Below, in pieces: positions 59,757-64,000 of a stretch of DNA of 64,000 nucleotides. The DNA lies in NCBI GenBank assembly GCA_009691105.1, contig SHVU01000006.1, forward strand, positions 1,629 to 65,628, read 5' to 3'. Made by a program: the position numbers and the translations under genes. Source of the DNA: Rhodospirillales bacterium (GTDB lineage Bacteria > Pseudomonadota > Alphaproteobacteria > Rhodospirillales > SHVU01). The notes beneath the pieces are model-generated. The model saw only the letters and a program-made list of their open reading frames with translations, was not told the origin of the DNA and searched no databases. Positions within the stretch are counted from its first letter, which is position 1, and every line of letters starts with the position of its first letter.

Positions 59757-60757
59757 CGGCGCTTCTCGAGGTCGACGGCCTCTCGGTCACATTTCCGGCG
59801 ACGGCTGGCGACTTTCGACCCGTCCGCGACGTCAGCTTCTCGGTCGATCGCGGCGAGACGCTCTGCATCGTCGGCGAGTCGGGCTGCGGCAAATCCCTGA
59901 CGGCGCTCGCTCTCATGGGACTTTTGCCCAAATGGGCGCGGCGCGACGCCCGGCGTCTCGAGCTTCAAGGCCGCGACCTCGTCGGCTTGACCGAGCGCCA
60001 GCTGGCCGACATCCGTGGCCGACGCATGTCGATGGTCTTCCAAGAGCCGATGACGTCGCTGAATCCGGCCTACACCGTGGGCGAGCAGCTATCGGAAACC
60101 TACCGCCGCCACTATTTATCGCGGCGCGGCGTCGCCCGCGATCGCGCCATCTATCTTCTAGAGACTGTCGGCATTACCGCCGCGGCAAGCCGCCTCCGCC
60201 AGTATCCGCACCAGCTTTCAGGCGGACTTCGCCAGCGCGTCATGATCGCCATGGCCCTGATCTGCGAACCAAACCTCATCATCGCCGACGAACCGACGAC
60301 GGCGCTGGACGTGACGATCCAGGCCCAGATTCTTCATCTCCTGTCGGCGCTTCAGAAGCGCTTCGGGATGGGCATGGTTTTGATCACCCATGATCTCGGA
60401 ATCGTCGCCCGGGTCGCGACCCGCGTCGCCGTGATGTATGCGGGTCAGATCGTCGAGACCGGGACCGTCGACGAAGTCTTCGCCAATCCGCTTCATCCCT
60501 ATACCCAGGCCCTGCTGCGCTGCATTCCGGTGCCGGGCCGCGTCAAGCGCGGCGAGCATTTGGGGTCGATCCCGGGCGCCGTCCCGACATTGATGGGCGA
60601 TCTCGGCGGCTGCCATTTCCGTAACCGCTGCGCCTATGCCCATGCCGCCTGCGCGCCCGATCCCATCTTGATGAACGAGGTGACGCCTGGCCGCGGCTAT
60701 CGGTGCGTGGTCCCGGCGGCGATTTGCGCGGCCCGGGGCCACGGGGCCGCGGCATGA
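59753..60757 (+). CDS. ABC transporter ATP-binding protein (DppD-like)
   Basis: 334 aa from GTG 59753 (GTGA overlap). Walker A GESGCGKS, signature LSGGLRQR, Walker B IIADEPT, and an oligopeptide C-terminal domain (HPYT..LL). Confidence 0.9.
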   Translation: MTALLEVDGLSVTFPATAGDFRPVRDVSFSVDRGETLCIVGESGCGKSLTALALMGLLPKWARRDARRLELQGRDLVGLTERQLADIRGRRMSMVFQEPMTSLNPAYTVGEQLSETYRRHYLSRRGVARDRAIYLLETVGITAAASRLRQYPHQLSGGLRQRVMIAMALICEPNLIIADEPTTALDVTIQAQILHLLSALQKRFGMGMVLITHDLGIVARVATRVAVMYAGQIVETGTVDEVFANPLHPYTQALLRCIPVPGRVKRGEHLGSIPGAVPTLMGDLGGCHFRNRCAYAHAACAPDPILMNEVTPGRGYRCVVPAAICAARGHGAAA

Positions 60758-61734
60758 CCGACGTCGTCCTCGAAGCCCGCGACGTCCACTGCTCGTTTAA
60801 GGTCAGCACGGGATTCATGCGGCCGAAGCGCCTGTTGCGGGCCGTCAATGGCGTCAGCCTCAATCTTCGCGCTGGCGAATCCGTCGGCCTGGTGGGCGAG
60901 TCGGGCTGCGGCAAGACGACCGTCGCGATGATGCTGTTGGGCTTGATCCGGCCGGCCCGGGGCGAGGTCCGACTCGACGGCCTCCCGATGCACGAGCTCG
61001 ATCAGCGCGACATCGCCCGTCGCGTCCAGCCGATCTTCCAGGATCCGTACTCGTCGCTCAATCCGCGAAAGCGGATTGCCGACATCATCGCCTTGCCGCT
61101 TCGCGTCCATCGCATGGGCAGCACCGACGACCGGCGGAAGAAGGTCGTCGAGATGATGGACATGGTCGGTCTCTCGCCCCGTTATGCCGACAGCTATCCC
61201 GACCAATTGTCGGGCGGCCAGCGCCAGCGAGTCGCCATCGCTCGCGCCTTGATCATGCGCCCGCGGATCGTCATCTGCGACGAACCGACGTCGTCCCTCG
61301 ACGTCTCGATGCAGTCGCAGATCCTGAACCTGCTTCTCGATCTGCAACGTGAGCTCGGGCTCGCGTATCTCCTGATCAGTCACAACCTCGCGGTCGTCGA
61401 GCACATGGCGGTGCGGGCCTATGTCATGTATCTCGGCCGCGTCGTCGAGGAGACGGACAGCGAACAGCTGTTCCGCGCTCCGGCTCATCCCTATACCCGG
61501 GCCTTGCTGGCGTCGGTGCTCACGCCAGAACCCGGCCGCGGCGTTCCCGATACGCACCTCGGTGTCGCCTACGCCAATTCCATCGATCCGCCGAGCGGCT
61601 GCACGTTCCATCCGCGCTGCACCAAAGCGATGGCGGTGTGCAGCACGATCGTGCCGCATCCGGTCACGCACGGCGCGACGCGCCACGTCGAATGTCATTT
61701 ATACTCGGAGGCGCCGAACCCGGCGCCGGTTTGA
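60754..61734 (+). CDS. ABC transporter ATP-binding protein (DppF-like)
   Basis: 326 aa from ATG 60754 (ATGA overlap). GESGCGKTT, LSGGQRQR, VICDEPTS and HPYTRALL. Confidence 0.9.
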   Translation: MTDVVLEARDVHCSFKVSTGFMRPKRLLRAVNGVSLNLRAGESVGLVGESGCGKTTVAMMLLGLIRPARGEVRLDGLPMHELDQRDIARRVQPIFQDPYSSLNPRKRIADIIALPLRVHRMGSTDDRRKKVVEMMDMVGLSPRYADSYPDQLSGGQRQRVAIARALIMRPRIVICDEPTSSLDVSMQSQILNLLLDLQRELGLAYLLISHNLAVVEHMAVRAYVMYLGRVVEETDSEQLFRAPAHPYTRALLASVLTPEPGRGVPDTHLGVAYANSIDPPSGCTFHPRCTKAMAVCSTIVPHPVTHGATRHVECHLYSEAPNPAPV

Positions 61735-61756
61735 AACCTTCCCAGGGAGGACGACC

Positions 61757-63538
61757 ATGGCCGCCATGACAAAGGACCAGCAACCGTATCGCGTCCGCTA
61801 TTGGGGCGTTCGTCACGCCGCCTCGGCGGGACATTACCTGGCGGCTCAGGCCGCGTTCCAAGTGCTTGAGAGTGGCGGCAACGCCATCGACGCCGGCGTG
61901 GCGGGCGGCATCGCCCTTGGCGTCGTCGAAAGCCTGATGGTCGGCTTCGCCGGCGTCGCCCCGATTCTCATCTATCTCGCCGACAAGAATGAGGTCGTCT
62001 CGGTGAGCGGCGTCGGACCTCATCCGCGCCTCGCCACCTGCGACTATTTTCACAAGCACCACAACGGTCTCATGGATGGCATCATGCAGACCGTCGTCCC
62101 GGGCGCGCCGGACGCCTGGTTCACCTGTCTGGAGCGTTTCGGGACGATGTCCTTCGCCGAAGTGGCCGCGGCGTCGATCCGTTATGCCCGGGACGGCTTC
62201 GTCATGTATCCGCTGATGGCCGAGAACATCCAAAATCGCGTCGCGCTATTCAGCCAGGATGCGCCGACGGCCGCCATTTATCTGCCGGGCGGCCGGCCAC
62301 CCGCGGTCGGCGAGATCTTCTATCAAAAAGACCTCGCCAAAACGCTCCAGTTCCTGGCCGACGAGGAAACCGCCGGCGCGAAGAAAGGCGGCCGGGCCGC
62401 CGGCCTCGCCGCGGCGCGGCGCGCCTTCTATCAGGGCGATATCGCCACCGCCATCGAACGCCATCAAAAGGAAAAAGGCGGCCTTCTCCGGGTCGAGGAC
62501 ATGGCCGGGTTCCGGGCCGAGGTCGAGCCGCCGTGCCACGTCCGTTTCGGCGCGACCGATGTCTATAGCGTCGGGCCCTGGGGCCAGGGGCCGGGAATGC
62601 TCGAGGCCCTGAATATACTCTCGGGCTTCGATCTCAAGGCGCTGGGCCACAACTCGGTTCCCTACATCCACGCCGTGATCGAGGCGATCAAGCTCGCCAT
62701 GGCCGACCGCGAGGTCTATTTCGGCGATCCCAAATTCGTCGACGTTCCCATCGACGCGCTGCTGTCGGCGGCCCACGCCGATGCCCGCCGGAAAATGATT
62801 CGCCCCGATCAGGCGTGGCCGGAAATGCCCCCGGCCGGCAAAGTGCCGGGCGGCAAGTGGCCGTCGCCGACGAGCGCCAAGGCTGGATCGGTAATGCCAG
62901 CCCCCGCCGGCAGCGTCGACGTCTTCGCCAACGACACGTCTTACGTCTGTGTCATCGACCGCCACGGCAATACCTTCTCGGGAACGCCGAGCGACGGTAA
63001 CGGCGGCGCGCCGATCGTTCCGGGGACCGGGATGTCGCCGTCGACACGCGGCAAAGGCAGCCGCACCGATCCGAAGCACACGGCCCATGTCGCGCCGGGA
63101 CGACGGCCGCGCATGACCAACGGTCCGGTGCTGGCGTTGGGCGGCAAGCGCTGGATCTTGCCGCTCGGCACGCCTGGCTCCGACAACCAATTGCAGGCGA
63201 ACCTTCAGGTGCTCCTCAACGTCTTCGTGTTCGGCATGGACCCGCAGGATGCCGTCGAAGCGCCACGCTTCAACACCCACAGCTTCCCTCAGACCCTGAT
63301 CGCCAATCCGCCGCACGACTATCAGCCGGGAAGCCTGTGGCTCGAATCCCGCATCGCCCGTGAATCCGGCGACGCGTTGGCGCGCATGGGCCACAAAGTC
63401 GGTTGGTGGCCGGCCTGGGGACCCGACGCCGGACATATGGACGTCGCGACGGTCTGTACGATCCTGGCCGACCGCGAAAAGGGAGTCCTCAAGGCGGCGC
63501 ACGATCCGCGCCGCGTCTCCGGCGCCGTCGCCGTCTGA
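61757..63538 (+). CDS. gamma-glutamyltransferase family protein (Ntn hydrolase), no signal peptide
   Basis: 593 aa from ATG 61757 (GGGAGG RBS). GGNAIDAGVA, the predicted autoprocessing nucleophile in NDTSYVCVIDRHGN, and GTPGSD. Confidence 0.88.
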   Translation: MAAMTKDQQPYRVRYWGVRHAASAGHYLAAQAAFQVLESGGNAIDAGVAGGIALGVVESLMVGFAGVAPILIYLADKNEVVSVSGVGPHPRLATCDYFHKHHNGLMDGIMQTVVPGAPDAWFTCLERFGTMSFAEVAAASIRYARDGFVMYPLMAENIQNRVALFSQDAPTAAIYLPGGRPPAVGEIFYQKDLAKTLQFLADEETAGAKKGGRAAGLAAARRAFYQGDIATAIERHQKEKGGLLRVEDMAGFRAEVEPPCHVRFGATDVYSVGPWGQGPGMLEALNILSGFDLKALGHNSVPYIHAVIEAIKLAMADREVYFGDPKFVDVPIDALLSAAHADARRKMIRPDQAWPEMPPAGKVPGGKWPSPTSAKAGSVMPAPAGSVDVFANDTSYVCVIDRHGNTFSGTPSDGNGGAPIVPGTGMSPSTRGKGSRTDPKHTAHVAPGRRPRMTNGPVLALGGKRWILPLGTPGSDNQLQANLQVLLNVFVFGMDPQDAVEAPRFNTHSFPQTLIANPPHDYQPGSLWLESRIARESGDALARMGHKVGWWPAWGPDAGHMDVATVCTILADREKGVLKAAHDPRRVSGAVAV

Positions 63539-63564
63539 GCCGGGACCAGACCGTCAAGACGCCC

Positions 63565-64000
63565 GTGGCCTCGCAACCCGATCCGAAACGGCCCTATCGC
63601 CCGAACCTCATGGCCCGCCACCATCTGGTGGTGTCGGGCCATTACTGGGCGTCGCTGGCCGGCCACGAAATTCTTGAGGCCGGCGGCAATGCCATCGACG
63701 CTGGTGTCGCCACCGGTATCGCCATCAATGTCCTGCAAAGCGAGTTCACGGGGTTTGGCGGCGTCGCGCCGGCGATGATTTATCTTGCCGATCAGAAACG
63801 AGTCGCCTCGACCACCGGCGTCGGCACCTGGCCGACGGCGCTGAGCTGCGCCTATTTCCACGAGCGGTTCGGCGGGCGTGTTCCTGACGGAATCCTGAAC
63901 ACGGTCGTGCCATCGGCGCCTGATATCTGGATCACGGCGCTGGAGGAGTTCGGAACGATCTCGTTCGGCGAGGCGGCGCGGGCCGCAATCCGGTTCGCCC
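63565..64000 (+). CDS. second gamma-glutamyltransferase family paralogue, N-terminal part; runs off the right edge
   Basis: The frame from GTG 63565 reads VASQPDPKRPYRPNLMARHHLVVSGHYWASLAGHEILEAGGNAIDAGVATGIAINV..., parallel to the N-terminus of the preceding gene. Confidence 0.8.
   Translation, partial: MASQPDPKRPYRPNLMARHHLVVSGHYWASLAGHEILEAGGNAIDAGVATGIAINVLQSEFTGFGGVAPAMIYLADQKRVASTTGVGTWPTALSCAYFHERFGGRVPDGILNTVVPSAPDIWITALEEFGTISFGEAARAAIRFA

Noticed and set aside
1-64000. Scan for mobile elements, CRISPR arrays, tRNA/rRNA genes, toxin-antitoxin pairs and known defence-system signatures.
   Set aside because: There are no transposase, integrase or phage-like ORFs. There are no regularly spaced direct repeats and no cloverleaf-like sequences in intergenic regions. 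The only candidate, a cNMP-binding domain protein reminiscent of cyclic-nucleotide-sensing effectors, is a truncated fragment without a cyclase or effector partner.

Overview
High-GC (about 63-65%) alphaproteobacterial chromosomal segment, with synteny typical of Rhodospirillales/Rhizobiales. It is densely coding and built from well-known conserved blocks. (1) addB-murU-amgK-tsaE, a PAS histidine kinase, then ahcY-HPr-EIIA(Man)-rapZ-chvG-chvI, facing a GTP-type PEPCK. (2) thyX and the yejABEF peptide importer. (3) cycM-kdsB-pheA-nudC. (4) ffs(SRP RNA)-dnaX-trmH-ybaB-recR. (5) rmuC, def-fmt, truA-dapE-dapD. (6) An accessory right-hand third: ceramidase-like/LplT-like/PD40 operon, BisC-like molybdoenzyme, PagL-like protein, AKR/SnoaL/SDR/RidA genes, a Dpp-type ABC importer and two tandem gamma-glutamyltransferase paralogues. 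I found no rRNA, tRNA, CRISPR array, transposase, integrase or prophage genes. I did not recognise a defence or other clearly novel multi-gene system. The most unusual signal is gene decay confined to accessory envelope/transport genes. Six in-frame TAA/TAG codons lie in five otherwise well-conserved genes (uppP, a CPBP protease, an MgtC/DUF4010 protein, a PD40 beta-propeller, an amino-acid SBP). There is also one 3' frameshift, one clean 30-codon in-frame deletion in a KefB/C-type antiporter, and several truncated or chimeric gene remnants, while every housekeeping gene is intact. Many long ORFs in the six-frame track are shadow ORFs of real genes, as expected at this GC content, and are not reported. 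All homology statements come from my reading of the translations, not from database searches.
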